Below, one piece after another: positions 1 through 9,226 of a stretch of DNA of 64,000 nucleotides (positions are counted from its first letter, which is position 1; every line of letters starts with the position of its first letter). The notes under the pieces are model-generated. The model worked only from the letters and a program-made list of their open reading frames with translations, made no database searches and was not told the DNA's origin. The translations under genes and the position numbers were made by a program. The DNA is from a virus, in the IMG/VR virus record IMGVR_UViG_3300046517_002960, positions 1 through 64,000 of that record; one strand, 5' to 3'.

Positions 1-480
1 ATGAAACGTAACCGCTATGACCTGAACGACCGTAACGCATATGACGGACGGCCTGTCCGCAAGCCAGCCAAGTCACCTCGCACCACGCCGGCGCGCCGTA
101 GCGTCACCTCCGGTACCGGCGGACAGTACGTCTCCGGCGGAGCGAACCAAACCGCTACGGTTGGGCAGGCCGGCGCCGGCGGCAACGCGCGCAGGCCGGC
201 CACGAACACGATGGCAAAGTCAAAGCATGGCGGCATGCCGATCACTTACTACGCGCCAATGGAGCGCTGGCAGCCGACAACCGCGCGTACGGCCGTCCAT
301 GCGCCAGCCCGGACCGCAGGCAAGCACTACGATCCCGCTACCCGTGAGGATGACGGCTCCGCATCGGTCGCCGAGGGTATCCGGCAGGCCGCCATGGCGC
401 GGCATTCCATCCTCCGCACGAACGGCGCGATCGACGTGCTGCCGCGCGTAGGTCCCGTCTGGTCCGACGACACGAACTGA
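1..480 (+). CDS. hypothetical protein, possibly 5'-truncated at window edge
   Basis: 159-aa ORF starting at base 1; no recognisable family. Confidence 0.35.
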   Translation: MKRNRYDLNDRNAYDGRPVRKPAKSPRTTPARRSVTSGTGGQYVSGGANQTATVGQAGAGGNARRPATNTMAKSKHGGMPITYYAPMERWQPTTARTAVHAPARTAGKHYDPATREDDGSASVAEGIRQAAMARHSILRTNGAIDVLPRVGPVWSDDTN

Positions 481-528
481 CACCTAGCTAACCCGAGCAA
501 CCCAAGATCACGATCAGGAGAAACGCTC

Positions 529-1281
529 ATGAACGAGAACATGAACACGATCTATTTCACCCGCACGTGCAAGCGCCGGCAGCGCCTCGGCGACACGCTG
601 GTTATCCGTACCGACGACGCCACGATCACGATCACAGCCGGCAAGCGTACGCAGGTCACCACCATGCACGACACGCCCAAGGCCGCGCCCAAGGCCGAGC
701 CCAAGGCCGAGCCCAAGGCCGCCGCGCCCAAGGCCGCCGCGCCCAAGGCCGCCGCTACCGTGCCAGCCGCCAAATTCCAGCCGGCCACCGAGCCCAAGGC
801 CGAGCCCAAGGCCGAGCCCAAGGCCGAGCCCAAGGCCGAGCCCAAGGCCACCGCGTGCAAGTGCGGACGCGTCCACCGCGCTGGCTCTGCCGCCGCCGCG
901 CGCTGCACCAAGCCGCAGGCCACCGACACGCCGCAGGCCACCGACACGCCGCAGGTCACCGACACGCCGCAGGCTGATCTGTTCACGGCTACCGTCACGT
1001 ACGCGAACGGTTCGGAAGACTCGCACACGAACATCCTGCCCGAGATCACCGCATGGCTGGCCGCGCGTAACCCCCGGATCGTTACCAGCGTGATCATGGT
1101 CCGTGCGGACGAGCCCAAGGCCGAGCCCAAGGCCGCCGCGCCCAAGGCCGCGCCCAAGGCCGCGCCCAAGGCCGAGCCCAAGGTCACCAATGAGGCAACC
1201 GTCGCGACCGCGCACCGTGGCCTGCCGCGCGTGTCCGGCACCGTGAGCCTGGCCGCGATGCGTGCCAAGTACGGGCACTGA
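529..1281 (+). CDS. Lys/Ala/Pro-rich repeat protein (histone H1-like low complexity)
   Basis: GATCAGGAG RBS at ~512; EPKA/APKA and PQATDT repeats; N-terminus similar to ORF 3213-3506. Confidence 0.7.
   Translation: MNENMNTIYFTRTCKRRQRLGDTLVIRTDDATITITAGKRTQVTTMHDTPKAAPKAEPKAEPKAAAPKAAAPKAAATVPAAKFQPATEPKAEPKAEPKAEPKAEPKATACKCGRVHRAGSAAAARCTKPQATDTPQATDTPQVTDTPQADLFTATVTYANGSEDSHTNILPEITAWLAARNPRIVTSVIMVRADEPKAEPKAAAPKAAPKAAPKAEPKVTNEATVATAHRGLPRVSGTVSLAAMRAKYGH
676..970 (+). repeat. coding tandem repeats (12-bp gagcccaaggcc; 18-bp ccgcaggccaccgacacg)
   Basis: tandem copies visible at ~676-850 and ~913-970; 12-bp unit recurs at ~1110-1180. Confidence 0.9.
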
Positions 1282-1291
1282 CCCGTCGCAC

Positions 1292-1473
1292 TGAGCCAGG
1301 CCAGGCCGCACGTGAGCCAGGCCGCAATGAGCCATGCGGGCATCGCGCGGGATGCCCGTACGGACACTCTGAGCCATGCGCCGGCCCGGTCTAGCCACTG
1401 AGCCAGACCGGGCCGCGCGTGCCTCTTGCCTAGGCCGGCCCGTACGGATGCCAACCGCGTACGGGCCGGCCTA
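1292..1473 (+). repeat. intergenic TGAGCCA repeats with three inverted repeats
   Basis: TGAGCCA x5; stems cgggcatc/gatgcccg, cggcccggtct/agaccgggccg, taggccggcccgtac/gtacgggccggccta. Confidence 0.75.
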
Positions 1474-1513
1474 CGTGAGAGACACGCACCGATGCCCAAG
1501 ATCAGGAGACACC

Positions 1514-1612
1514 ATGAACTACAAGATCATCTCACGGCGTGACGGCTGGATCACGGCGGTAGGCGCGGACGGCAGGATCGTCCGCGTGTCCGCCGGCGGG
1601 AACGGCAAGTGA
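1514..1612 (+). CDS. 32-aa hypothetical peptide
   Basis: GATCAGGAG RBS then MNYKIISRRDGWITAVGADG. Confidence 0.55.
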   Translation: MNYKIISRRDGWITAVGADGRIVRVSAGGNGK

Positions 1613-1675
1613 CCGGCCTGCGCGCGTACCTGAGCCACTGACAATCTCCGGCTAGCCGGACAATCACCCGCCACT

Positions 1676-1738
1676 AGGCGAAACGCGCGGTGTGCGCGTC
1701 TGCGGGACATGGCCTACCCGCACCGACGATGCCAGGCC
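1676..1738 (+). ncRNA. type II hammerhead ribozyme HH1
   Basis: ggc-GAAA-cgcgc/gcgcg-UC; stem I ugcggg/cccgca; core CCGACGA; U-gcc; loop ggccu pairs 3' aggcc; predicted cut after C1700. Confidence 0.88.
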
Positions 1739-1764
1739 ACCGAACCAACTGATCGGGAGAGATC

Positions 1765-2508
1765 ATGTCCGACGTCATCCTGTACGCAAGCGCTGTCAAC
1801 CGCGGGCGCACCGCGTGGAACGCGACCAGCAAGTCCGCATGGACGCTGGCCGAGATCGCGGCCAACGTCGAAACCAAGTACGCGGAGAACACGCTGGTCA
1901 AGCTGGCCGCCGCCATCGCGGGCGACGACCTGTCCGGGGCCACGCTGGCCAATTACCGCACCGTGTGGCTCGCCTACGTCACCGATGAGAGCGACACGCG
2001 GGACGTCAAGAACAGCAACAGCTTCACCGTGCACGAGAAGTTCGCGAAACTGCCCGACCGCGTCAAGCTGCTGGCCAGCAAGCACTGGTCCGCGAGTGAG
2101 GCCCGCGCCTACGTCAAGGCGCTGAACGCGCCGGAGCCGGGCGAGGACGAGGTCGACGGTGAGGGCGCGGGCGAGAGTGCTGGCGCCGGCGCCGAGTCGC
2201 CCAACCGCCGTGACTGGCTGGTTAACAAGATCGCCGAGACTGAGGCCAAGCTGCTCAAGTGGTACACCGAACTGTCCGAGATTGACGCTGCGGACGACAC
2301 GGACAGCACCGACGCGGACAGCGCCGGCACCACGCCGGCTGCGCCCGTGCTTCACATCGTGGGCGGCGGCGTGCCCGAGCACGACGCCAGCGCCCCCCAC
2401 GCGGCCTGCCCCGTGTGCAAGGACCTGGGTATCGCGCCAGCCGTCACCGAGCAGGCCGGCTCCCCGCGCCGCGCCCGTCGCAACCGCCGCCAGCCGGCCG
2501 CCGCGTAA
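1765..2508 (+). CDS. hypothetical protein with acidic linker
   Basis: 247-aa ORF directly after HH1 and its RBS. Confidence 0.75.
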   Translation: MSDVILYASAVNRGRTAWNATSKSAWTLAEIAANVETKYAENTLVKLAAAIAGDDLSGATLANYRTVWLAYVTDESDTRDVKNSNSFTVHEKFAKLPDRVKLLASKHWSASEARAYVKALNAPEPGEDEVDGEGAGESAGAGAESPNRRDWLVNKIAETEAKLLKWYTELSEIDAADDTDSTDADSAGTTPAAPVLHIVGGGVPEHDASAPHAACPVCKDLGIAPAVTEQAGSPRRARRNRRQPAAA

Positions 2509-2520
2509 CCCGATCGCCGA

Positions 2521-2553
2521 GCCGGCCACGGTGCCCCGCGCACCGTGGCCGGC
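2521..2553 (+). terminator. 14-bp perfect GC hairpin (terminator or processing stem)
   Basis: gccggccacggtgc-cccgc-gcaccgtggccggc after stop at 2508; no U tract. Confidence 0.4.
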
Positions 2554-2565
2554 CGGACCAGCAAG

Positions 2566-2650
2566 AGGCGAAACGCGCGGATCCTCCGGCTGACCGGAGA
2601 GTTCCGCGCGTCTGCGGGATATGGCCTACCCGCACCGATGATGCCAGGCC
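2566..2650 (+). ncRNA. type II hammerhead ribozyme HH2
   Basis: stem III cgcgcgg/ccgcgcg with CCGG hairpin insert; GUC cut after C2612; stem I ugcggg/cccgca; core CCGAUGA. Confidence 0.9.
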
Positions 2651-2671
2651 ACCGATATCAGGAGTGATCAC

Positions 2672-2905
2672 ATGCTGTACCCGCTCAGGTACGCCCAGGT
2701 GTTCCGCGCGAACGGCACGCGCGTCGTGGCCGGCGACCACATCACCAGCCGGCTCGGCCGCCGGTACATGTTCCGCTACGCCACGGTGGCCGCGACCGAT
2801 ACCGCGTTTGGCCGCATCGTGGCCGCGCCCATCATGAGCGACGGATTCCCGCTCGGTCACAACGACGAGTTCACCGATTTCGCGTTCGGCCTGACCGTGC
2901 GCTGA
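2672..2905 (+). CDS. hypothetical protein
   Basis: 77 aa, RBS after HH2. Confidence 0.7.
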   Translation: MLYPLRYAQVFRANGTRVVAGDHITSRLGRRYMFRYATVAATDTAFGRIVAAPIMSDGFPLGHNDEFTDFAFGLTVR

Positions 2906-2953
2906 AAAGGGAAAGCCGCCGGCAAGCGAAACGCGCAAGATCAGGAGACAGAC

Positions 2954-3106
2954 ATGATCACGATAACCGCCACCCCGCAGGTCGGCACGCCGGCCGTGCA
3001 GGACGCCGCACGTGCCCGCGCGATCACGGCCGGCGTGCCTACCCGCCAGCCTGACAGGTGGCAGCGTTACGCGGACATGGCGCAGGTCGGCTGGACCACC
3101 CATTAG
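2954..3106 (+). CDS. 50-aa hypothetical protein
   Basis: GATCAGGAG RBS; TAG stop overlaps start of HH3. Confidence 0.6.
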   Translation: MITITATPQVGTPAVQDAARARAITAGVPTRQPDRWQRYADMAQVGWTTH

Positions 3107-3189
3107 GCGAAACGCGTGATTCTCCGGCCAGCCGGACAATCGCGCGTCCGTGCGGCGCTGGCCTGCCGCGCGCTGAATGATGCCAGGCC
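3105..3189 (+). ncRNA. type II hammerhead ribozyme HH3
   Basis: stem III cgcgugauu/aaucgcgcg; cut after C3148; stem I cgugcggc/gccgcgcg; core CUGAAUGA (1-nt insertion). Confidence 0.85.
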
Positions 3190-3212
3190 ACCGAACAGAT
3201 CAGGAGACAGAT

Positions 3213-3506
3213 ATGACCCGCCAGACCAGCCAGCCCGCGCAGCCCGGCAACGAGCTGTACTTCACCGCCGGGACTAAGCGCGCAGCCCGCATCGGGCGCA
3301 CGATGGTCGTCGTGACCGATGGCGCGCGGATCGAGATCACGCTGCCCGTGCGTGACGGCGAGGCGACCGCCATCACGGTCACGCGCGACCCGGACGTCAA
3401 GGTGGCGAACCGCGTGCGCAAGCCGGCGGCCGTCAAGCCGCAGGCCAGCAAGCCCGCTGCCAAGCCGCAGGCCGCGCGCAAGCAGCCCGCCGGCGCCGCC
3501 AAGTAG
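3213..3506 (+). CDS. small protein with Lys/Ala/Pro tail, paralog of 529-1281
   Basis: LYFTAGTKRAARIGRTMVVVTDG vs IYFTRTCKRRQRLGDTLVIRTDD; TAG overlaps HH4. Confidence 0.75.
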   Translation: MTRQTSQPAQPGNELYFTAGTKRAARIGRTMVVVTDGARIEITLPVRDGEATAITVTRDPDVKVANRVRKPAAVKPQASKPAAKPQAARKQPAGAAK

Positions 3507-3591
3507 GCGAAACGCGCGTGACTCTCCGGCCAGCCGGAAGATTCCGCGCGTCCGCGAGGGATGGCCTACTCGCGCTGAATGATGCCAGGCC
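3505..3591 (+). ncRNA. type II hammerhead ribozyme HH4
   Basis: stem III cgcgcg/cgcgcg; cut after C3552; stem I cgcgag/cucgcg; core CUGAAUGA. Confidence 0.85.
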
Positions 3592-3741
3592 GCAGATCAG
3601 GAGTGACGCAGGCATGACGAATTTAGGCTGACCAGCCACCTGTGATCCGCTAGCCGCGCGCATGGCGCAGGTGACGCGGTGATACCGCACGCCGCCGGCG
3701 GCAGAACGGCGGGATTACCGGGACCGCGCACGACGACACAC

Positions 3742-3813
3742 AGGCGAAACGCCGGCGGATGGAGGCGCCGGCGTCTGCGGGGCATGGCCTACCCGCACCG
3801 ATGATGCCAGGCC
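3742..3813 (+). ncRNA. type II hammerhead ribozyme HH5
   Basis: stem III cgccggcg/cgccggcg without CCGG insert; cut after C3775; core CCGAUGA. Confidence 0.88.
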
Positions 3814-3834
3814 GCAGATCAGGGAAGTGATCAC

Positions 3835-4038
3835 ATGACCACCACCGACACGATGCCGCGCCCGACGCCCGCTCAGCTGCGTGAGCGCGCCGAGGCGCGC
3901 CGCGCCCACAGGACCCGTGACGCCGAGGCGCGCTGGATGCGCCAGCGCCGCCAGGCCGCGATCCGCAACGGCATGCCACGCAACACGCCGCTTACGCGCG
4001 CTGAGCTGGCTGCGCGCTGCGCCCGCGCCGGGCACTAG
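3835..4038 (+). CDS. Arg-rich hypothetical protein
   Basis: 67 aa, sole ORF between HH5 and HH6; TAG overlaps HH6. Confidence 0.7.
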   Translation: MTTTDTMPRPTPAQLRERAEARRAHRTRDAEARWMRQRRQAAIRNGMPRNTPLTRAELAARCARAGH

Positions 4039-4124
4039 GCGAAACGCGCGGGATTGTCCGGCCAGCCGGAGGATTCCGTGCGTCTGCGGGGCGCTGGCCT
4101 GCCCCGCACCGATGATGCCAGGCC
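4037..4124 (+). ncRNA. type II hammerhead ribozyme HH6
   Basis: stem III cgcgcgg/ccgugcg; cut after C4084; stem I ugcgggg/ccccgca; core CCGAUGA. Confidence 0.9.
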
Positions 4125-4152
4125 GCTACCCGAGACAGGTCAGGAGACAGCC

Positions 4153-4344
4153 ATGTCCAGCAGGAAAGCCGTACCCGCCGCGCTCGTCCTGCCTGCCCCG
4201 GACCGCGGGCGGGCACTGGCCGAGCTGCGCCAGTCCAACGCGTCCGGCCCGCACGGCCCGCGCTCCAAGCGGATCATCGCGCGGCGCGAGCGGCGCGGCA
4301 CCACGCAGGAGCTGCGCGACCTGCGCGGCCGGCGCCAGGACTGA
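4153..4344 (+). CDS. Arg-rich hypothetical protein
   Basis: 63 aa, sole ORF between HH6 and HH7. Confidence 0.7.
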   Translation: MSSRKAVPAALVLPAPDRGRALAELRQSNASGPHGPRSKRIIARRERRGTTQELRDLRGRRQD

Positions 4345-4345
4345 G

Positions 4346-4430
4346 AGGCGAAACGCGCGGAATCCTCCGGCTGACCGGAGACTCCGCGCGTCCGCAGGAC
4401 ATGGCCTGCCTGCGCTGATGATGCCAGGCC
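4346..4430 (+). ncRNA. type II hammerhead ribozyme HH7 (canonical CUGAUGA core)
   Basis: stem III cgcgcgga/uccgcgcg; cut after C4392; stem I cgcagg/ccugcg; core CUGAUGA. Confidence 0.93.
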
Positions 4431-4451
4431 GCACACGATCAGGAGACCGAC

Positions 4452-5190
4452 ATGAACGGCACGCACCGCCATGACAGGACCGAACCGGGCAAGCACGAGC
4501 AGCCGCACTACGTCACGCGCTGCTGCCGATCCGGGCGGGAACACCGGCCGGTGTTCACCTACCAGCTGCGCGACACCAAGCTGGCGCTGACCAGCCCGCG
4601 CCCGGCGCAGGAGGCACGGGCATGAGCGGCAGGATCACGCCCCCGACCTGGTACCTCGGCGCGCGGCACTACCAGCTGGAAGTCACCGACAGCAACTGGA
4701 TCCCGGTTCACCTGTCCGTCACGACCCGCGCGTACGGCGGATCCTGGCACGACACCGCCAGCATCGCGCGGGACTGCCCGCCAGCCACCGGGATGACAGG
4801 CCGCACGTGCCGCCGCCGGTACCCGTGGCCCGTTGACCGGGACCACCAGCGCCCGAACGGGCCGAGCCCGCACCAGAACCGGGATGACCCGCGCATCCCC
4901 GGCTTCGAGACCCCGCACGACCCGTACCGGGGCTACGTGTGATGCCGTCCATCTACGCACCTAACGACGCGGTCGCCCTGCTCCAGAAGCTGCTCGCCGC
5001 CGCGCGTGACCTGACCGAGCCGAGCGAGCCGAACGCCGAGTACATCCGCGGGCAGGCCAACCTGATCGCGGATGCGTGCGGGCTCGGCAGTGACCGGCAG
5101 GACAGCGACGACGTGTGCGAAGCGCTCACCAGGGCGATCACGGGCGCGCACCTCAACATCGTCGGCGAAACCTACTACCCGGACTTCTAA
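4452..5190 (+). CDS. three translationally coupled hypothetical ORFs (4452-4625, 4622-4942, 4942-5190)
   Basis: start/stop overlaps; RBS after HH7. Confidence 0.65.
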
Positions 5191-5205
5191 GCGAGCCCGG
5201 TTGCC

Positions 5206-5291
5206 AGGCGAAACGGCGCGATTCTCCGGCCAGCCGGAGGATCGTGCCGTCTGCGGGGCGCTGGCCAGTCCCGCACCGATGATGCCAGGCC
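5206..5291 (+). ncRNA. type II hammerhead ribozyme HH8
   Basis: stem III cggcgcgauu/gaucgugccg; cut after C5251; core CCGAUGA. Confidence 0.9.
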
Positions 5292-5312
5292 ACGCACGAT
5301 CAGGAGACCGAC

Positions 5313-5957
5313 ATGCACATCACGTACACGATGGCCGGCGCAGGCGAAGCCGAAGGCGTCACGCTCCACGCGACCAGAACCGGCCGAGACGCGGTTGACG
5401 TCCTGCGCGCCATCGAGAACACCGCCGGCCTGACGCTCACCCGCGTCCAGCTCAGGCCCGACGACAACCCGGACGCATGGGCGCTGAACGAGGTGCTGTG
5501 GGCCGCGCAGGCGGCGGGCTGCCCGGTGCGCCGCCAGTGGGTCCGCACGCGCGACGTGCGCATGGGCGATGAACTGGCGCACAAGCTGTCCGACACGCCG
5601 TGGACGTACACGCCGGTCACCGGCTGGGCCGACCGCCTGCTGGAGCTGTCGCGGTTCGGCGGCGGCCTGGCTGACGTCACGCACCGGACGTTCCGGGTCT
5701 CGGCCGCGCCGTGGTGGGTCCGCGACGACAACATGATGCTGACCTGCGACCTGGACGGCGAAGCACTGATCAGGCTGCGGCCGATCCGCGAGCCGGGCCG
5801 TTTCCGCTGCCCGTGCTGCGGCGATGACGTCATCTCCGCAGACGGCCGCGACTGGGTGTGCGGCGACTGCGCCGGAGCCGGCTGCGAGCAGTCGCGCGAC
5901 GCGTGCGGCGAGCTGAACTGGTGGAACTGCCAGCGCGATGATGAGGACGGTGCATGA
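5313..5957 (+). CDS. hypothetical protein with C-terminal Cys-rich (putative Zn) region
   Basis: CPCC...CGDC...C...C motifs; RBS after HH8. Confidence 0.7.
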   Translation: MHITYTMAGAGEAEGVTLHATRTGRDAVDVLRAIENTAGLTLTRVQLRPDDNPDAWALNEVLWAAQAAGCPVRRQWVRTRDVRMGDELAHKLSDTPWTYTPVTGWADRLLELSRFGGGLADVTHRTFRVSAAPWWVRDDNMMLTCDLDGEALIRLRPIREPGRFRCPCCGDDVISADGRDWVCGDCAGAGCEQSRDACGELNWWNCQRDDEDGA

Positions 5958-6249
5958 TGCGCCTGCTGGACATGATGATCTTCGGCGTGCCCATGCTGCT
6001 GTTCGTCATCATCGCCGGGTACCTGATCTGGCGCGGGCGCCACCGCAGCGGGCGCGGGCTGTGGTGGGAGCTGTGAGCACACGCTGGTTCGTCGCGGCCA
6101 GGCCCGGCACGGCAATGGTGTTCGGCGTCAAGGGCACCAGGGTCGTGTGGACGTCGCCGCGCTACACGGGCCGCAGGGGCGTGCCGCTGTCGTTCCTGCG
6201 AGCGCAGATGCGGCAGCAGGGCCGCGCGTTCTACGAGATCACCCGATAG
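5954..6249 (+). CDS. two small coupled ORFs: membrane peptide 5954-6076 and hypothetical 6073-6249
   Basis: hydrophobic MIFGVPMLLFVIIAGYLIW; second ORF TAG overlaps HH9. Confidence 0.55.
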
Positions 6250-6332
6250 GCGAAACGCGCGGATCCTCCGGCTGGCCGGAGAGTTCCGTGCGTCCGCAGG
6301 ACATGGCCTGCCTGCGCCGATGATGCCAGGCC
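6248..6332 (+). ncRNA. type II hammerhead ribozyme HH9
   Basis: stem III cgcgcgga/uccgugcg; cut after C6294; stem I cgcagg/ccugcg; core CCGAUGA. Confidence 0.9.
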
Positions 6333-6360
6333 GCACACCTAGTGATCAGGGGAAACGATC

Positions 6361-9122
6361 ATGACTCACAGCACGCCCGGTGACCGGGCACGGATCGCGG
6401 CTGCCGAAGCCGCGCAGGCACGGATGCTCGCGGCGCTGCCGGACTTCCCGCAGTTCGGCTTCTACGTCAAGACCGGGCTGGCCGGCTACGGGCCGGACCT
6501 GGACGAGAACGACTACCCGGCGCGCAGCTGGGAAGACGTCGCGCACCAGGTCGCGGAGGAGCTGTCCTTCATGGCGGACTTCAACGCCGAGGGCGCATCC
6601 GCACTGGCCGACCAGGCGCGCGAGGCGCACGACGAGGCGCGCGAGGTTTTCCGGCTGTACGCGTCGGTCGCGGACTACCAGGGGATCGCGGACACGTACC
6701 GCGATGCGGACGATGCGCGCCGGCTCGCGGACGAGCTGGGCACGCTCGCGGCCAACTTCTCCAACCTGGCCAAAGAGCTGAACCCCGCGCCGCTGTACCA
6801 GGGCCGGCCGGAGCTGCGGCACGCGCGCATCTGGGACCTGATCAGCCAGCTCCCGGTGTACGTGTCGGACAACTTGAAGCTGTACGTCTGGGAATGCGAG
6901 GAAGACCCTGGCGATCCCGACGACGCGGAGCCAGGCGGCGGCTACGGGCCGGCCGGGGCCGGTCACACCGACGAGCACGACATCGCCCGCATGGAGGGCG
7001 ACGGCGCCGGCCTGTACTGCGCAGGGGCGTAATCCTCCGGCCGGCCGGACAAATCACGAACGGGAGACAGGCATGAGCGACACCACGCAGGAGCACAACA
7101 GGCAGGCCGTGCGGCTCCGCGCCGCACTGTACCAGGAAGACGACGCCACGCTGGGCGCCATGCTGGCAGGCGGGACGAGCGTCCGGGCCGCGTTCGCGCA
7201 GCGGGTCGGCTGCGGCGACCTGCCGTACTCAGTCATCGAGCACGAGTTCACCGCCCACGCGGCACGTCAGCTCCGGCGCCTGGCGGACGGGGGCACGCTG
7301 TGAAGGCCGGCGTCGTGCGGATGAGCGACAAGACTGACGGACCATCGATCAGGAGACAATCATGATGCCGCCGATACCAGCCGTGGTCCTGCTGCCCACC
7401 GAGACAGCGCACGGCTACTGGCCGGCCACCGTGGTCGCGGCCATCCCGCTCGGCCACGGCAACCTGTACGCCGTGACCGCCATCGAGCCCACCTCGTCAC
7501 CGGACGCACCCGCGTTCTTCGCGGCCGAGGCCGGCCGGAGCATCCACGGGTTCTGGGTCGCGGACACGGATACGGACACCTTCCCCGCCCCTGCCCTGGC
7601 CGATGCACTGGCCGCCATGACCCGCATGGCGGGGCTGCGCTGACCTTCCGGCCGGCCGGAACCTGAGAGGAGACGATCATGAGCGGTGCGCGTACCCGGC
7701 GGATGCGCCGGATTGCGGCAAGCAGCGAGCTAGGCGACCTAGTCGCGAAGCTGCGCGCGAACGGCGCGGCATGCGACAGCGACTGGATGCGCCGGCACGA
7801 ATCACGCGAGGACGGCCAGCTGTGGCTGACCGCGCCGGTATCGCACGCCGACAAAGCGTCCGACACGCTAGCCGACTGCAACTACGAGGTCGCCAGCGAG
7901 CTGCTGCGCGAGGCGTCAGGCTTCGCCCGCTGGACGGTGTACGACGCGGCCTGGCACTTCGCCGGCACGGACATCAAGGTCCCGCGCGGTGGTCACCGCT
8001 ACCTGTCCGGCGGCATCGCCGAGCGGTCGGACGCGTGGCCCGGCGGGCTGATCGAGACGATCCTGGTCCGCGCGGATGACGCTGCCGCGCTGCGCGTGCT
8101 GGCTGGCATCATCGACGCGCTGGCCGGTTACCCGTCGCTGGACGACGCGCGGCTGGCCGAGATGGAGCACGAGCAGGCTCATCCGTCCGATCACGAGTGC
8201 TACGCGGACGCCGGCTGCGGCTGCGCCGTCCGCAACCACGGCCATGCGCCGGCTGACAGCAGCATCGATGCCGGCGACACCACAGACGACGGCGATGCCT
8301 GGTGCCAGCTGTGCGGTGACTGGGTTCCCCTCGGCACGACCGTCACGAACGGCGTGCTGTAGCAGCAGCGATACCGCGACTCCATACTGACCAGCAGGAT
8401 CAGGAGAACGACCATGCCCACAATCACGGCCGAAGTCACCGCACCGACCTTCCGCACCGAGATCACCAGGTCCCGGCTCACGATCGAGCTGCCCGAGCGG
8501 CACATGAGCGTGGAGATCTTTGACGACGGCACCGTCCGCGTCACGCAGGAGTCCCACGACATCCTGGACGGCGCCCCGTCCGCGCCGGATTTCCCGCGCT
8601 ACGCGCCCGGCGGCGAGTACGAGTTCCGGCTGCCCGACCAGGTGGAGGTCAACGCCATCTGCGACACGCCCCTGGGCAGCCCGGACTTCGACAGCGGGGG
8701 CGCGTTCACGATCGCCGCGACCCACCGGCACTGACCAGGCCAGGAACAGGAGCACTGACATGAGCGACACGAACAACCTGCCCGAGATCACCCTGCGCAC
8801 CAGCCCGCAGCTGTCCATCGGCGACGCCGAGGAACTGGCCACGTGGTTCCTGCACAAGATGGGCACCGAACTGCGCGCCAGGCTGATGGCCGAGCGCCCG
8901 GTGCTGTACGCGCGGGTGTACCCCAGCGTCAACCCGGACGCGATCATGCGCAACGTAACAGCCGGCCTCGCCCGCGTGCAGCAGTCACAGGCCGAGGCGT
9001 TCGCGGCTGCCGCGGACAGGCATCTTCTCAGGCAGCGCCCCGGCCACTACCACGACCCGGCGGGCACGTACGACTACTGCACCGACAAGGCGTGCCCGCG
9101 CCTCAAGCCGCCCGCGTCCTGA
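6361..9122 (+). CDS. six hypothetical ORFs (6361-7032, 7073-7303, 7362-7643, 7679-8362, 8414-8734, 8760-9122)
   Basis: each preceded by an AGGAG/GGGAG-type RBS; acidic phage-like proteins; no family recognised. Confidence 0.7.
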
Positions 9123-9124
9123 CC

Positions 9125-9210
9125 GGCGAAACGCGCGGAACCCTCCGGCCGACCGGAAATTCCGCGCGTCTGCGGGGCGCTGGCCTGCCCCGCACCGACG
9201 ATGCCAGGCC
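9125..9210 (+). ncRNA. type II hammerhead ribozyme HH10
   Basis: stem III cgcgcggaa/uuccgcgcg; cut after C9170; stem I ugcgggg/ccccgca; core CCGACGA. Confidence 0.9.
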
Positions 9211-9226
9211 ATCACAGGAGGCAGTC

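Noticed and set aside
3610-3745. Stop-codon reassignment suggested by two in-frame TGAs
   Set aside because: TGA is the normal stop for many neighbouring, translationally coupled ORFs
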